A program made the position numbers and the translations under genes. A stretch of 64,000 nucleotides of DNA from Fimicolochytrium jonesii. Taxonomy: Eukaryota. How positions within the stretch are numbered: the first letter of the stretch is position 1; every line of letters starts with the position of its first letter. The notes beneath the pieces are model-generated. The model saw only the letters and a list, made by a program, of their open reading frames with translations. It was not told the DNA's origin and did no database searches. The stretch is taken from positions 806,001-870,000 of the forward strand of contig NW_026515675.1 in assembly GCF_025526975.1 (NCBI RefSeq), given 5' to 3'. Positions 11,935 through 25,320 of the stretch are shown here, piece by piece.

Positions 11935-14900
11935 CTACAACGCATCAAAATTAATCGCATGCCTCGCCCGCCGTCGTTCCTTCGCATCCTCCCTCTTCTC
12001 CGTCCAATGCAGGACGCCCACAACTGACGCGAGCAGCGCGAGCGACGTGCAGAGGACGAGCAGAACCGAGGAGGAGGCGGAGGAGGGGTTGATGTAGAGT
12101 TCAAGGATCCAACTACAAAAAAAATAATCATTCGCATCGGGATCAGAACCGAAACACAAATGAATGAATGAATGAATGATATCGACATACCTCCCCGGCC
12201 CAGCCCCCTCATCCTCCTCATACGGAATAACCACCAACTGGCTATTCGGAATAACGCCCTGAAACGTGCCGACATGGGATATCTTGCCTTTGCGGCGGGA
12301 CACGCCGACAAAGAGGTCCTCGATGTAGTTGTTGGTGCGGCCGAGGCCGAAGAGGGCGTAGGGCGTTTGGAGGGAGAAGTAGGAGGATTGCGGGAGTTGA
12401 GCCGCTGGCGGGTGGAAGGATGGTGAGGTATGCTATAACAAGTGAGGTAGATTTGCAGGGAAGAAGAAATGGTGTGGTAATAGCTTACCTTGAGTTGCCC
12501 GCCGCCTTCCGGCCGTGTCGAATACAGTGTATTTGAAACTCGCGCCGACGTAGTTTACTCCATATGGCTGAAAAAGGTTGTCCGTGGGAGGTCGCACGGA
12601 GGGTGAGTACAAATCCATTCGCGTTCCTCCCATTCCACGCAGATATATACCTTAGGAGACGGAAATCTATCCCCGGTTGGACACCAAGCGGGGCATACGC
12701 CGTTGGATACTGAACGCAATCGAACGAAAAGCAGCATGTCAGTGTATGAATGCTGATGATGACCCGAGGGATGGCATCGCCTTACCAAGCCCCTTCAAGA
12801 AGAACGCGTCGTTATAGAAGTTGTTGAAAATGGCATGGGTGTGGTATACGCCTTTGGTGACGGTCGAGACGAGGATGTCCAGCGTGCCCTATTATCGTCA
12901 TCACTGCATTAGAGAGGCCTCTCTCCCACACCCACAAACAACCCCAAAACTCACATCCTCATCCAAATCCACAAAAGTCGCAAAAGCCCCCTCCGCGCCC
13001 TTCCCCGCCAACACCTCCGCGCCCTGCACAACCTCAAATGCGCGTCGTCCCGCGTCAGTCGCCTTATTCCCGCACACGTCGCCGTGACAGGGCACCGACC
13101 GTAGTAATCGCACGCCGTTGGTGGTGGAGGCGAGGAGGTCGGGGTACCCGTCGTTGTTGAAGTCGCCGATGCGGAGGGGAATGGGGGGGTGGGATTTTAC
13201 GGGGGCTAGAGTGAGGACGAGACGGTCTTTGGGGAGGAGGGGGGAGAGGGGGAGTTTTACATAGGCCTGTCTGGGGAGTTAACGAAATACTTCTCTATGT
13301 CGACAAATGCACACAGGAGCAATAGATTAACCTTTGAATCCTCAGTGAAATCGAAAGTAAACTTATCATCCGCCGTGCACAGGTTATGCGGATCGCGACA
13401 GTGTGTCCCGTCGTCGCCTGCCGCGCACAGCGGGATCTGCTGGTTGTACGCCACATGAATGAAACAGTCGCCGCCCCAGTCGACGCAGGTTGGGAAAACC
13501 ATGTCGATTGTGCCGTCCGCGTCTAGCGTTTCGTGAATCGGGGTGAGAAACGAACACTCGACTTTGAAGACTTTGGGAAACAGGTTGATTTGAACACAGC
13601 GACATACCTATATCGGCGAACGTGACCTGCCCAGCGTGCGCGGGCAGTTTCCCCGCTTGCGAGAACGTGAAGCCGTTGGTATCTGTGTTCAGCCATATTT
13701 GGAAACTTCCGTCGTCGCAGGTCAGGAATAGATCTGTCCACCCCCCAACGCGTCCGTCAGCACCCACATCCCTACATTTAGCACGAACAACCTAGGTTTA
13801 GGAAAGCCCAAGCGTACCAGCCATACAATCCCCGTTGAAATCCACGAACGCATTCGAATGCGGGTCTTTCAACTTGCACATGCTCGTGGTGGTACTATTG
13901 AGTGCGACTGAACTGCGCAGGGGTCGCGTTGTAAGTACAGACAGGCAGTAGGTCGCCCTCCACTATCCCATCAGAGGTACACTCAGTACCTCACAGCACC
14001 GTTATCGACCGGCGACCACAGGGCAAGCATCCCCGCCTTGGTGCCTGCCGCCTGCCCCAAGAACTGCGGCTTCATCGTGCCGTCGTAGTTGGCCGCGAAC
14101 GGTTGTAAATGCGTCGCTGGATCTAGAGGCATGAAGCTGCTCGCGTCTGTGGGATCGAAAGGGCCCTTCAGCATGACGGAGACCATGGTGAACACGCCGA
14201 CAGAGATTCCCGCCAAACTCACTGAATCCACCCATCCCGTCCCCGTAGAACACGCGCATTTCTATCTGATCCGCCCCCGCGGTCTTCTGCCCCATCAAGA
14301 GCACATCGAGCTTGCCGTCGTAGTTGTAGTCCCCCGGAACGACATTAACAATCGTGACGGCGGTGGGGTTTTGCGGGTCAAAACTGAGCTCGGAGTTTAG
14401 GATTTTGCGGAATTTGAAGCTGCCTGAGCGGGATGCGGCCAGGAGGATTATTTGGAGGGCATGCTGCGATGCTGGTCAGAGCTCCTGCACCCATACCATG
14501 ATCCCATTGATGCGCGACCACATGCGTCTGCGCTGTGTTTAGCGTGAATATGTCCGTGCTGAAAGCGACAAAGTCAAACGATAAGAACGAAGGGGAACAT
14601 GGTGGTGGTCCATTGACAGCAATGCAAAAAAAATCCCGCGACCATATCCTGCGCCATCCGCTCGCGAACATGAATACCATCTTCCAACGAAAGAACGGAC
14701 TCCTCGCACGCTATCCTCAAACGCCCCTCCCTTCATCCCCAGTTTTCATCTTTCGGCTTTTCGGGGTTCTCCACCTCCCACCCCTCCGACACCAAACCTA
14801 CAATTTATCCCCGTTGACATCCCCGAACGCAGCAATCATCCCATCCACACCCTCCCCCAGCTCCACCTGCACATCAAACAAGCCCGACGTCGAGAATTTG

Positions 14901-15013
14901 GGTGTCGCTGTCGCGGTTGCTGAGGGGAGGAGGAGGAAGGGCAAGATGGCGGAGATCATCGTAAGCTGTTGTCGCCGCCGACGCCAACGGCAAGCGAAGA
15001 ATGAGTGGCGCAT
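11935..15013 (-). CDS. ITFG1/LINKIN (T-cell immunomodulatory protein)-like FG-GAP repeat membrane protein
   Basis: Signal peptide, AAFGDVNGDK, DFNNDGYPDLL, FVDLDED, YALFGLGRTNNYIE, IPNSQLVVIPY, C-terminal TM plus HWTEKREDAKERRRARHAINFDAL. Start may be 14959. Confidence 0.92.
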
Positions 15014-15427
15014 ATTTCTGGTGAGTTGGGGACAACAGGTGCGCTCTAGGCTCTCCGAATATGTCTGTCGGCGGTGTGTAATGCTGTCTGTGCGATGCTG
15101 GGGGGTTTGTTGTCGTCGTGGGAACTTGTGAATGCTTCGGGAATGGAATGGGAGAAATGGGAAGCGGCGAGAACGGCCACGTCCGCAGGCCACGTCTCTC
15201 CCTTTTCCCCGTCCCCTGTCCAACACACAACCCAAGCTTGAAGGGGCAGCCTCGCCGTGCACCTGCAACTCCCCACGTACTGTAGATATTCTCAGCACCA
15301 CGCACTTCTCATTCGTGCTTACTCCGGCGTCACTACCATCGTCGAACCAGCCCTCCTTCCGACTCTCTCGCACGATCTCGCGCAAACATCACCCGCGATC
15401 GGCAGCATCAACTCCTATATTCCCGCA

Positions 15428-15889
15428 ATGGCAAAAACAACCTCCACCACAGTCCCGCACTCCGCCACCAGCGCCGCAGCGCAACAAGCGTTCCTAATCA
15501 AGCGTCTGCTCACCTCGTATCGCGCCAACACGCCGCAGAAGCTGAAACTCATTGACGCCTACCTCCTATTTGTGATGCTGACGGGAATCGTGCAGTTTGT
15601 CTATGTGCTGCTGGCGGGAACGTTTCCTTACAATAGTTTCTTGGCGGGCTTTGGAGCGAGTGTGGGGAGTTTCGTGCTTGCTGGTGAGTTACCCTTTTGA
15701 AACGATGGCGGTCCCAGAACTAGAAACTGATCTAGACGTCCCATTCGTTTATGACTCTTAGCAAACCTGAGGATGCAAGTGAACCCACGAAACGCAGAAG
15801 TGATGAAGATGTCACCAGAACGGGCATTCGCAGACTTTGCGTTTGCTAGCATCGTGCTGTTTGGATTCGTGGTCAACTTCCTGGGATGA
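15428..15889 (+). CDS. OST2: Oligosaccharyltransferase subunit DAD1/Ost2
   Basis: [46 protein letters not shown]; one intron at about 15684-15761. Confidence 0.96.
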
Positions 15890-17276
15890 ACGGCGTCAAG
15901 CGATAGAGGACGATGGATTATCGTGGAGCAGGAGGGCCTGTTGGGAGATGGAGTATCGATGGCGAGCAATGTGGATTGCGGATGCGAGTCGTTAGGCTCC
16001 TCGAGCGAATCAAAGATGAGAAGGATATCCCTTGGACTGCCTACGCCCAGTGGAAGGCGTCGGACGGCGGATGTCACGGGCCGGTGTCTTGCCTGCTTGG
16101 AAGCATAATCGGACACAGCAGATGAGGTTGTAGTCGGAGGAAAAGAGTTGGGGCTTACGAACATTTGGAGGAGGAGATCTGTGTACATACATACATGTGG
16201 GGCTATTTGAATCGGATGTACATTGAAAAGATCTCCGAGTGCAAGCAGAAAGACGAGAGCACATTGATGATAGGCGCACCGGCTCAATTGTGAGCCTATG
16301 TGAATGAATGTGGCAATCCATAGCGTGCATCAAAGGGGAGCTGGCCACTGTCGGATGTTATTCCTGAGACTTGACGACTGCTGGAAGCGGCGCGGAAGGA
16401 AAAGGCCAGTCAGACTTATTTAAGCCTGCGGACCGTGACGATTTCTTGGATGCCGAGGTAGGCGTTGATGACTAGCATGGTGGTATTTGCTGGAGGTGCA
16501 GAAGGCATGGCCCCCCGTTCCCTCTCCTTTTATATTCCGAGGTATCATGTGTTCCTTTCCTTTCCGCAGAACAAAAGCTACAGGCCGCTGCTCAGAAGGA
16601 CGTACCGTACGTGGGCCCAAACCGCGTTACGAAGCAGGTTACGAAGTTCCATGGGCCGCGGACTGTGGAGAGGATATGCCCACACTAGTACGGGCGCCGG
16701 AATTCCAGCCCCCGAAACTCAATCACATCAAGGGACAGGTACTGCCAGCTCAAGAACGCCGGCGCCAAAGATGCAACAGTGTTCTTCGCTCAAGGGGGGG
16801 TAACCAAAAGGAAGTCTTTGATGAGATTGCCGGTGTAGTACTCAGAGCTTGGCCACAAACTCCGTAATCAAGCGTTCACCAATGATATGAGCGGAACGTC
16901 TACGCTGGCCATAAGTGCGCGCTGTCGTATTCAACCGTCATCCTTCAAACCACGCCAGTTTGGCACAAACAAGTGCAGGATAGGACTAGTCTGGTTTACT
17001 ACAAACAAGTGCTTTCTGAGTGGTTCGTGAAAACGAATTCCACAATTCATTCAGACCATTCAGTATGACTACGAGGTGAGCCGTAATAGTTGCACCAAAA
17101 ACATGACAAGAACCCTCGCTGGCAATCTCCAACGCGGCAAAGAGCGTACGCCGTAGAATTTGAGTATATCTGCTGAGAGATACGGATGGTGTGGGCGTCT
17201 GGAGAGGCGAAACCCACCAAAAGCACATGGGCGTGCAGATTTCCGTTTGCCGAGTCCGGAATCAGTTCAATGTGAT

Positions 17277-19226
17277 TTAAAATCCTTTGAGCACTGTCTT
17301 CTTATCAACCTTCCCCATCGCATTCCTCGGCAACTCGCCCACAACCACAACCCGTCTCGGAATTTTGTAATGCGCCAGTTTATCTTGCAGAAAGTGCTTC
17401 ACATCCTCCACCGTAACTTCCTTCGTCTTCAAAATCACAACATCAGTCTCCCATAAACACGATGAACGGATGATTTACCACTTCACCTTATCCCGCAAGA
17501 CGATCATGGCGGCGAGGATCTGCCCCCATTCTTCGTCCGGTAAGCCGACGACAGCGACGTCGGCGATGGAGGGGTGGGCGAGGAGGGTGCGTTCGACTTC
17601 TAGGGATGAAATCTGCCGAACGGGAGAAAAGTATACGCCGTACGTTAGGTGGTGACGGGGTGAAAAGAAGGAGGGGTAAAGGATACCTTATAACCCCCAC
17701 TTTTAACGATATCAACACTCGCGCGTCCCAGTATAGTGTACATGCCGTCCTCAGATTTCTTGACAATGTCTCCCGTCTTAAACCACCCATCCTGCAGCTC
17801 CTTAGCCGTGGCCTCCGGTTTGTTCCAGTACTCTTTGAACACCTGCGGCCCGCTGACGTACAGCTCCCCAGTCGCGTCAGGTTGGGCCGTGACGTCGGCG
17901 CCAGCGTCGGAGATGATTTGGGTGGATACGTGCGGGAAGGGTTTGCCGACTGTGCCGGGGATGCGAGGTCCGTCATATGGGTTGCCTAGCGCCATTCCGA
18001 TTTCCGTCATGCCGTATCGTTCAAGCAATTTGTGTCCAGAGATTTTCTCCCATTTGGCGAAGAGGGTGTCGGGGAGGGGCGCGGACCCACTGACCATGAG
18101 CCGGAACTGGGCGCAGGCTTTTGTGGCGTATGCCTGTTCTGCGGGGGGCATCTTGTCGTATTCTGCTGCCAGCCTTGCGTAGACGGTCGGCACAGCCATG
18201 AAGACGGTCAAATCCCTTGATTCCGCCATCCACCGATCCCAGACTTTGCGCGCATCGAAGGGGAAGAACTCGACGGTGGCGCCTACCCACAGGGGGCATG
18301 TAAGGGCGTTTATGACTCCATGGACATGGTGCAAGGGGAGGACGTGGAGGATTTTGTCTTTGGAGTTCCATTTCCAGGCTTCGATGAGGGATGTGGATTG
18401 GGCTTCGATGTTGTTGATGGTGGTGAGGACGCCTTTGGGTTTGCCGGTGGTGCCTGAGGTGTAGATCAGCATGGCGCCCCGGTCTTTGGACAGGTTGTCT
18501 TCTTCGTTGATGTTCGTGGGTCTCGAGTCCGAATCTTGGCCTTCAGACGGCTTCGCATCCGGGATCTCCTCCCATTCCACCAGCGGGAACTTTGACTGGA
18601 GCGCCTGAATCTTCTCAGCGAATTTGCTCTGATACAGGACCTTTTTTGCCTGCGCATCGCCTATGATGTACTCGAGTTCGGCTGGCGGATGGGATGAAGC
18701 TATGGAAACGCTTGCTGTCAGTCATCCTCCACACAAGTAACCGGGCATACAGGCGCACAAGACGTCAAACCCACCCAACGGAACGGCTATGGCACCGGCA
18801 GCCCATATTGACCATTGCGTCGCGACGTACTCAAACCCCGGCGAAAATAGAAATGCTACCCGTGGTGGATATTCACCCGTCTTCACTGCACTCCTAGCAC
18901 CCATATCGGCGGAGAATTGAATTGGTCAGAGACCGCTGAAGACCTGTATGCCTTCTCCCACGGGTTTATCACACTCACTCGGTGTGGTCCCCTTTTAACT
19001 GCTTCGCACCCTTCGCGGCATGGCGCAACAGGCTAGCATATGTGTATTTCTTCGACTCTGCTATGATAGCGACTCTGTCCTGGTGCTTGATAGCGCCTTG
19101 GAATAGGTTCAGGTTCGGCAGCCATCTTGGGAGGATGACTGTCCGGCGTTGCTCTGTTCTAAGAGTGAGACGGAAGCAGCCGCTTTTTGTGGCGGTGAGG
19201 AGGGAGGGAGTGGTTTGCCGCCACAT
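17277..19226 (-). CDS. Malonyl-CoA synthetase-like acyl-CoA synthetase (ACSF3 family)
   Basis: IYTSGTTGKPKG, LPLHHVHG, LERYGMTEIGM, WFKTGD, GRASVDIVKSGGYK, PRNAMGKVDKK; multi-exon. Confidence 0.92.
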
Positions 19227-19375
19227 GCCGGCTGTGGCTGAGAGAAGTGTCCTTTGCTTTCCGTTGTGGAGAGTGCTGTACTTGCTGTATGCTTGCGGGA
19301 GAGCTTGCCATGGTCTCCCTCACAAGGCCGCGAGCCCCTAAAAGTTATTTCGCGCACCCTAACTGGAAGGTATTT

Positions 19376-19846
19376 CTCAGGTCCACCCTGGCTAAGCCAC
19401 TGACAGCTTTTTGACGACTTTTGCACTTAACGAGGTTTTTGCAGACCCAAAGTTGCTGCACATGTTGAGCAGTATCTTGACAGCCAGACATGCTAGCAGA
19501 AAGATTGATTAGGCAGTTTGGTGAAGAAGGCACCGGTTCAGGGTTTGACGCCTCTAACTGGCAAGTTTTACCCAAAAACGGCCAAGGAAAGACAGTTTTA
19601 CTACTCAGACTTTTGGGCCTCTGTGTTAAGTTTGTTGCAACAGCTACCCCCACAGACACTTAGAGGGGTTTGGCCAAAGTAGGCAACTGGAGCCGTATGC
19701 AAATGGAATAGGTTGTCCTGCATGTCTGTGGGATGGTATGGCTGCTCCAAAAAGAGGGTTTTGTGAGGAAACTGCTTTAATTTCCCTAATTGTGCCTTAA
19801 GGTAACGCGTAGAGCGTTTGGGTCGCGCAGCCAGGGTGGACCTGAG
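19376..19846. mobile_element. Non-autonomous TIR element (MITE), 471 bp, perfect 18 bp TIR, 8 bp TSD
   Basis: CTCAGGTCCACCCTGGCT (19376-19393) and AGCCAGGGTGGACCTGAG (19829-19846); AGGTATTT at 19368-19375 and 19847-19854. Confidence 0.85.
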
Positions 19847-21073
19847 AGGTATTTCGCAGGGGGCGGCGCGTCAAACCCTTGACTTCATTCGGTTCTTTCC
19901 ATCGCGGGTTTCCAACAACTCCACAGCTGAGCATATCGCACCTCTTGGTCTCGAAAAAGCTTTGGCAGGAGGCCGTGTCCTCGGAGGTCGTCTCAACGAC
20001 GCTTATCTGTGAAACCGTCGCACTTACCGACGCAGGGACTTGCAGGCGACGACGATGCCTCTTCTCCCTTGGCGGCGCGCAACATGGCGTCGTGGACGAC
20101 AAGCCAAAATCGACGTGGACGGCTCGTCGTTGCTGGAATGCTAGGATCGTGACTGGACCATAGCTCTCGAAATGAGAGCCTGAACGCAGGGACGAACGGG
20201 CACGCACATTGCCCGGCGTTTCTTCTCACGACGTCGTTACCAAACAGGAGACAAAGCTGTCGGTCGTAAACGGAGACCGATGGAGCCTTGAACTTGCTCA
20301 AGTTGGCTTGCAGATCAGAGCTCTCTCAGATCAGAGCTTTCTTCCGGATATCCTGCGCAGCCAAGGATTTTACTCGAAGAGGTTCGCGGTTCCGACAAGC
20401 TGCTAAGTGTTTTGGTCGCTGTCATAACTGCCTCCTCGTGAAGATCCCGAGTTCATCACAGGCGATCTCGGGCCATGTTGCCGATTCTTTTCGAGGACAA
20501 GCCACCGCTGTTCATGAGTATTTTGTTTTCGCACACTATAGACCATCGAGGAAGGGAGGACTTTCACTACGCAGTGACGGGCGTTGTGACACACCCGATC
20601 AACCTTTTCGCCGCCCGCAGTTGTCCCGCGGCACCGTCTACTGGATGACTCGCGGGTGTGCGCCTTAGCTGAGGCCGAAGATGGCGGTTCATCTTCGGCT
20701 GAAGCCGCACGCCCATATCAATCCCGGGGTATGCAAAGATGCTTGCCTTCTCCAAGCAAAGGGTGACCTAATCAAACACACCAGAAACGAGCTGGGCTCA
20801 AAGGTTACTGCCCGCCACGTGAGCCCCGCCACCTGGTGATGAAGGTCCTGAACTCTGGGGCGACCGAATCATCAACAGAATTATTGGGTGGGACCTTCGC
20901 AAGCTTGGGGATGCAGAACATAACGACAATACAGGGTCCCCGAGGAGAAACACAACCCATTCTTGACAGGCTCGACTGGGGCCTTCCAGTCCCTACAAGA
21001 GTTCGAATGTTTGGGATAGCGTGGCGTGTGGCGGCGCGTCGGGTGTCGGCTGGGATGTATTTGAACGAATGAG

Positions 21074-22900
21074 ATGGCTAATCTAGCCAACAAGGAGAAG
21101 ATTAAGGCGAGCAACGACGCGTACCGGGCGTATCCCCAACAAGGTGAAGGTGAAGGCGAGCAACGTGAAGTGTACTTGTCTGTGACAGAGAAGTCACCCA
21201 CCGGTTTAAGATGTAAATTTTGCCGGGATGCCGTACGTGCTAAAGTTGTTTGTTGAGGGCATTTACGGGATGTTGAAATTAACGACGAGTTCAACGAGGC
21301 CATCATGCGAAACCGGCTTCCCAACATTACCTGCCCAATTTACGCAACAGTCTTCATGTTGCGTATTCCCACCGCACCACACCTGCTTCCGGGTTGTTTG
21401 ATCTTTGAACAGTGCTCATGGAGCGACGTCGGCCCCAGGAGCCTAAGGACAACCGAATCTATGTGGGATGGTTTTCGGACCATGTCCCCGGCCACACACC
21501 ACACTCGGATTATCGTCAGGAGCGTATCGCCCATCATCGTCAGAAGTGTGCCGCTGGTAATCCGCAGTTGGCAGCTTCGGCGCCTCGGGGTCGGCGAAAA
21601 CTTTTGGCGGGTGGAATGCCTGCGGGATCCAACAGCTGCCAGAGGGAGACGTCGGGCATGGTGTCTGGCTGCTCTGGCACGGCGGGTCTACCCTCTGCAT
21701 GAGTGACCTGGGAGCGCACGGACGCCAGCGACCTGCAGGTGCGATGATCAAAGCGAACTCGGTCATCCAAGTCCTTGATGATGGGATCGGTATGAATCCG
21801 ATCCTGCTGTGGCCGGCGGCCCAGGAGATCGGCCTCGAACACCACTTTTTTGGCGAAAGAATGGACCCGGGGGCACATCGAAACTATGAGCGGATCATGG
21901 GTGAACTAAGGTCCCAGCACATACATAATGCATGGCTGGATCCGCTGCAAGCGTCCCAAAAGCGACTACCATTTCGATCTAGGCAAATCTACCACTGTTC
22001 GCGAGCCGCTTAGCACATGCTCAAACAAGCACCGATTGCGCAGGGACTCTTTAAGGGAGCGCTGATGGGCGTTTGGTTTCCTCACAAACCTAGCATCGTG
22101 GATGTGCCTGAATTTGACGTCGATGGATTTACCGGGAGTCACGGGTAGAACTGATTGTGGGCATAAGTGGTAGCGGACGTGCTTCAACCTGCCGTCCTTA
22201 TGGTACTGTCTCGACCGAAAACCATACGTCCAGTATGGATGCCCGTACGTGCAAGGGCCGTATATGTAAACGCCACGAACATCGCACGACTGGACAAGCA
22301 GATGAATACATCGGTAACCGGACATCTCATGAGATGCCTTGGCGAATCAATGACGGGCATGAAAACGCCTTGGCGGGGCGTAGATCGGCAACCAAACACC
22401 CACTACCGAAAGCGGGGAACGCAGTCGGCACACGTGGGCGCAGTCCTACATCCACATGCTGACCCTTTCGGGCCTACGCACCTCGACTACATGAGGGCTC
22501 TTGAATTTGAACCGAAGCCGCATGGCAGGGGTGACACGTCCACGCGCATCGACTACCATGACGTTATGGCACCCCACTCGAAGGAGGAAGAACCGGACAA
22601 GCCATTTGTTCAGATCACAGGCTCTGATAAGGAGCGAGCGGAAATTGGAGGATGAGAATTCTGGCTTCCATGAGGCGACCCAGGCGAAGGAGGACGGCGA
22701 CGAAGAGAAGGACGGCGACGAAGAGGAAGACGGCGACGAAGACCCAGACGCAGTGGACCGGGAGGAAGACGGCGAGGAAGACGCAGACGCAAAGCATGAA
22801 TCGGTGTCGACCGGCCATTCCTACTGCTCGGTTGAAATCAATCAACAGAATCGACCGCACTACCCGCGTCGCTTGTCGGTCAGGGGCCGATGCAGCTTTT
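21074..22900 (+). pseudogene. Decayed intronless ORF chain, weakly resembling a MULE/WRKY-type zinc-finger transposase N-terminal region
   Basis: Consecutive frames broken by a TGA (21254) and frameshifts; Cys-Pro...H-x3-H-T-P pattern (CPIYATVF...DHVPGHTP) and RQIYH; acidic tail. The family resemblance is weak. Confidence 0.25.
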
Positions 22901-23669
22901 GAGATGGCTACCATCAATAAGAGTGCTTATCGACGCCCAGAAAGTCATGGGTAAGACTTGGAGGGCGAAACGGAGATCGTCGAACATGCATTTCAGATGC
23001 GTAGTTGCAGCGAATTGGCAACCATTGGGCATGTCGGACAGTGCAGCTGTACCGTGGACTTGACCACGCAACAGACCAGCTTGGCTCGCCTTCGCCACAC
23101 CAGGAGGGACATTTCCCGACTGGTTTGCTGAAGGCAAGTCAAGCCGGTGGCGAAGTGAGGAGGACGCTAGACAAGCTTGCCAGAAGACTTACGAACAGTG
23201 TCCCGCTATTTGGGGGGTGCCGCGTACCTTGCGCCAAGTGCCATCATCAATCGATATGGGTGAATAAAAGCAGGATGAGGATATCAAGATGTTCGAGCGT
23301 TTTCCCTACCCCGGTATTTTTACTGATTATAACACAGCCGATAAGAAGAATTGCAACAAACCCGTTCAATATCCTTACCACATATCCCTCACAGTCATAA
23401 TGCGCACAACGAGATCAACGTCTGTCCCGGTCCTCCGCCCCGCAAAGTTGCCCGCCGCCCTTTCCGTCGCTGCCAAGGGCCACGATACCCTTATCCCTCC
23501 CATGGCTACGACCTTCCATAATGACATGATCCCACACAATGATACCATCCCTCCCAACGCTACGGAAATATCTCTGAAGGACCTCCGGCTCACGCCCAAC
23601 CTCCCCATCGCTACGCCCCGCAAAGTTCGCGGGCAGCGGCCCACCGACGTTCCTGTCCATCTCCGTCGA

Positions 23670-24011
23670 CTCATAGAGGCTCTTCCGCGAGACCCGGCCG
23701 GAGCTGGTTTGTGGTCCCTGCACCATCGGTCCAACCAGCATCTAGAATCGGCACAGCTGAGTGCAAGTTCCTCCGGTGGTTTTGCGAAGTAACTCCGGTG
23801 GTTCTCGCGGAAGAGCCTCTATGAGACAGTGCTACCGTCAGATTCGGAAGGTAATGCTTTCGACTCAACTGCTGATGCGCTTCTCATAGAGGCTCTTCCG
23901 CCGGAACCGGCCGGAGCTGGTTTGTAGCCCCTGCACCATCGGTCCAACCAGCATCTAGAATCGGCACAGCTGAGTGCAAGTTCCCTCCGGTGGTTTTGCG
24001 AAGTAACTCCG
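23670..24011. repeat. ~128 bp direct repeat pair with an embedded perfect 23 bp inverted copy
   Basis: 23670-23797 is nearly identical to 23883-24011; 23803-23825 is the exact reverse complement of 23670-23692. Confidence 0.9.
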
Positions 24012-24104
24012 CCGAAACTCACCGCCCATCCTATCACCCCAGCAATCAAACTTGGGAACATATTCGAGCTCGTGCGGTCCTTTGGGATAGTGACTACATC
24101 GTAG

Positions 24105-25320
24105 TCAAAGAAGAAAACGTGGCCGCCTGAATGTCGTCAGGAATTCAGGAAGGGAAGATATGCATAGGGAGGGACACGTACCAACCACTTCCAAAATGGT
24201 CAAATGTACCTCAGTCTCGTGGCTTTGCGCCGTCGCCACAAAAAATTTCGCCGGCGGTCGACGCTTTGATTGAGTGAGTCGTTCGAAAATCGTCTTCAGT
24301 ATGTTCTGCCCGTTCCGTAGCAACTTTCCAGAATCGGCCCCGTTTTTGGATGGATCCTTGACCTTGAGTCGCGTCCCCCTCGAAGTAGCACACCGGGACA
24401 TCGTCGTTCGTCGCCGCAATGCCGAGCCCGTCCGCTTGGGTAAGTCCAGCGAGATATGAGCTTCCGATCTCTTCAGTTACCCATTTCGTTTTGTGGGCAA
24501 ATGCGAACAATGCTTCTTGAAACAGGGGATGGACAAATTGGGACAGTAAGTGGCATTCAAGAGTCGTACTTTCCCTCTAGTTGCTTGGGGAAGCAAACTC
24601 CCGCAAATACGGGAAGGGTAGCGCAAACGACGTGGTGAGTGGCCGGGCAAATCTCCTTCACGTCAGTGGGGCTGAAAGCAGCAGCTGATTCCGCCAAGCT
24701 CAGATTCTTGACCCACTTGGGATCTTCGAATTTGAACCTGGCATCATCCAGAATCTGCTTTTCCCATTGGTCCTGCTCCGTGGCGCGCACGTCGGAGAAA
24801 ATCCATTCCAAGAACGTGAGCACAATGTCCAGTCGTGCGTCTTCGAACTTCTCGTCGAGGAAGGTACCCAGAGGGACGACTTGGCGTTTTGGCAACCGGC
24901 CCAGTTTTCCACCCACCATCCGGAGATCCATGACTTCCTCATTTGAGCCGAACTTTGCGACATATCCGTCGGCTACTTGCTGGAGAGCGGCCGGCATCTT
25001 TTGATTTTTTCGCAACGAGCTTTGCCCACGACATTGATGGCGGCTGCGGCTGCGGCTTCGCTGGCACGCTTTTGCCTTGCGTGCGTTTCCGTTTCCGGAC
25101 GCGCGTTTCCGTTTCCGTCTTTCAGTCGCGATGGGCGCATCGGCGTTTGCTGGCATCGTCATTTGAGCGACTATCCTTTCCTCAGCAGTTTCGCCGTCTC
25201 ATTTGATCGCCGACTTTATTAGGAACGACGATCAAACCACCCTTTCAAAGGCACGTGGAAGAAGCACCTGGCGAACGCGCTTCTCCGAAGTGATGACGGG
25301 GCAGGATGCCCGGGGGATTT
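24105..25320 (-). pseudogene. Decayed gene with a possible PD-(D/E)xK (REase-fold) C-terminal domain
   Basis: Frame with two TGA stops upstream of ORF 24557-25162, then a frameshifted segment ADGLGIAATNDDVPVCYFEG...KNGADSGKLLRN resembling the D..E..K..D..KL pattern of nuclease-fold families expanded in early-diverging fungi. Confidence 0.3.

Noticed and set aside
11415..12311. Long alternative-frame and antisense ORFs overlapping real genes (also 39200-40069, 57203-57949, 28407-29372)
   Set aside because: Shadow ORFs expected from high GC and codon bias of the genuine genes.
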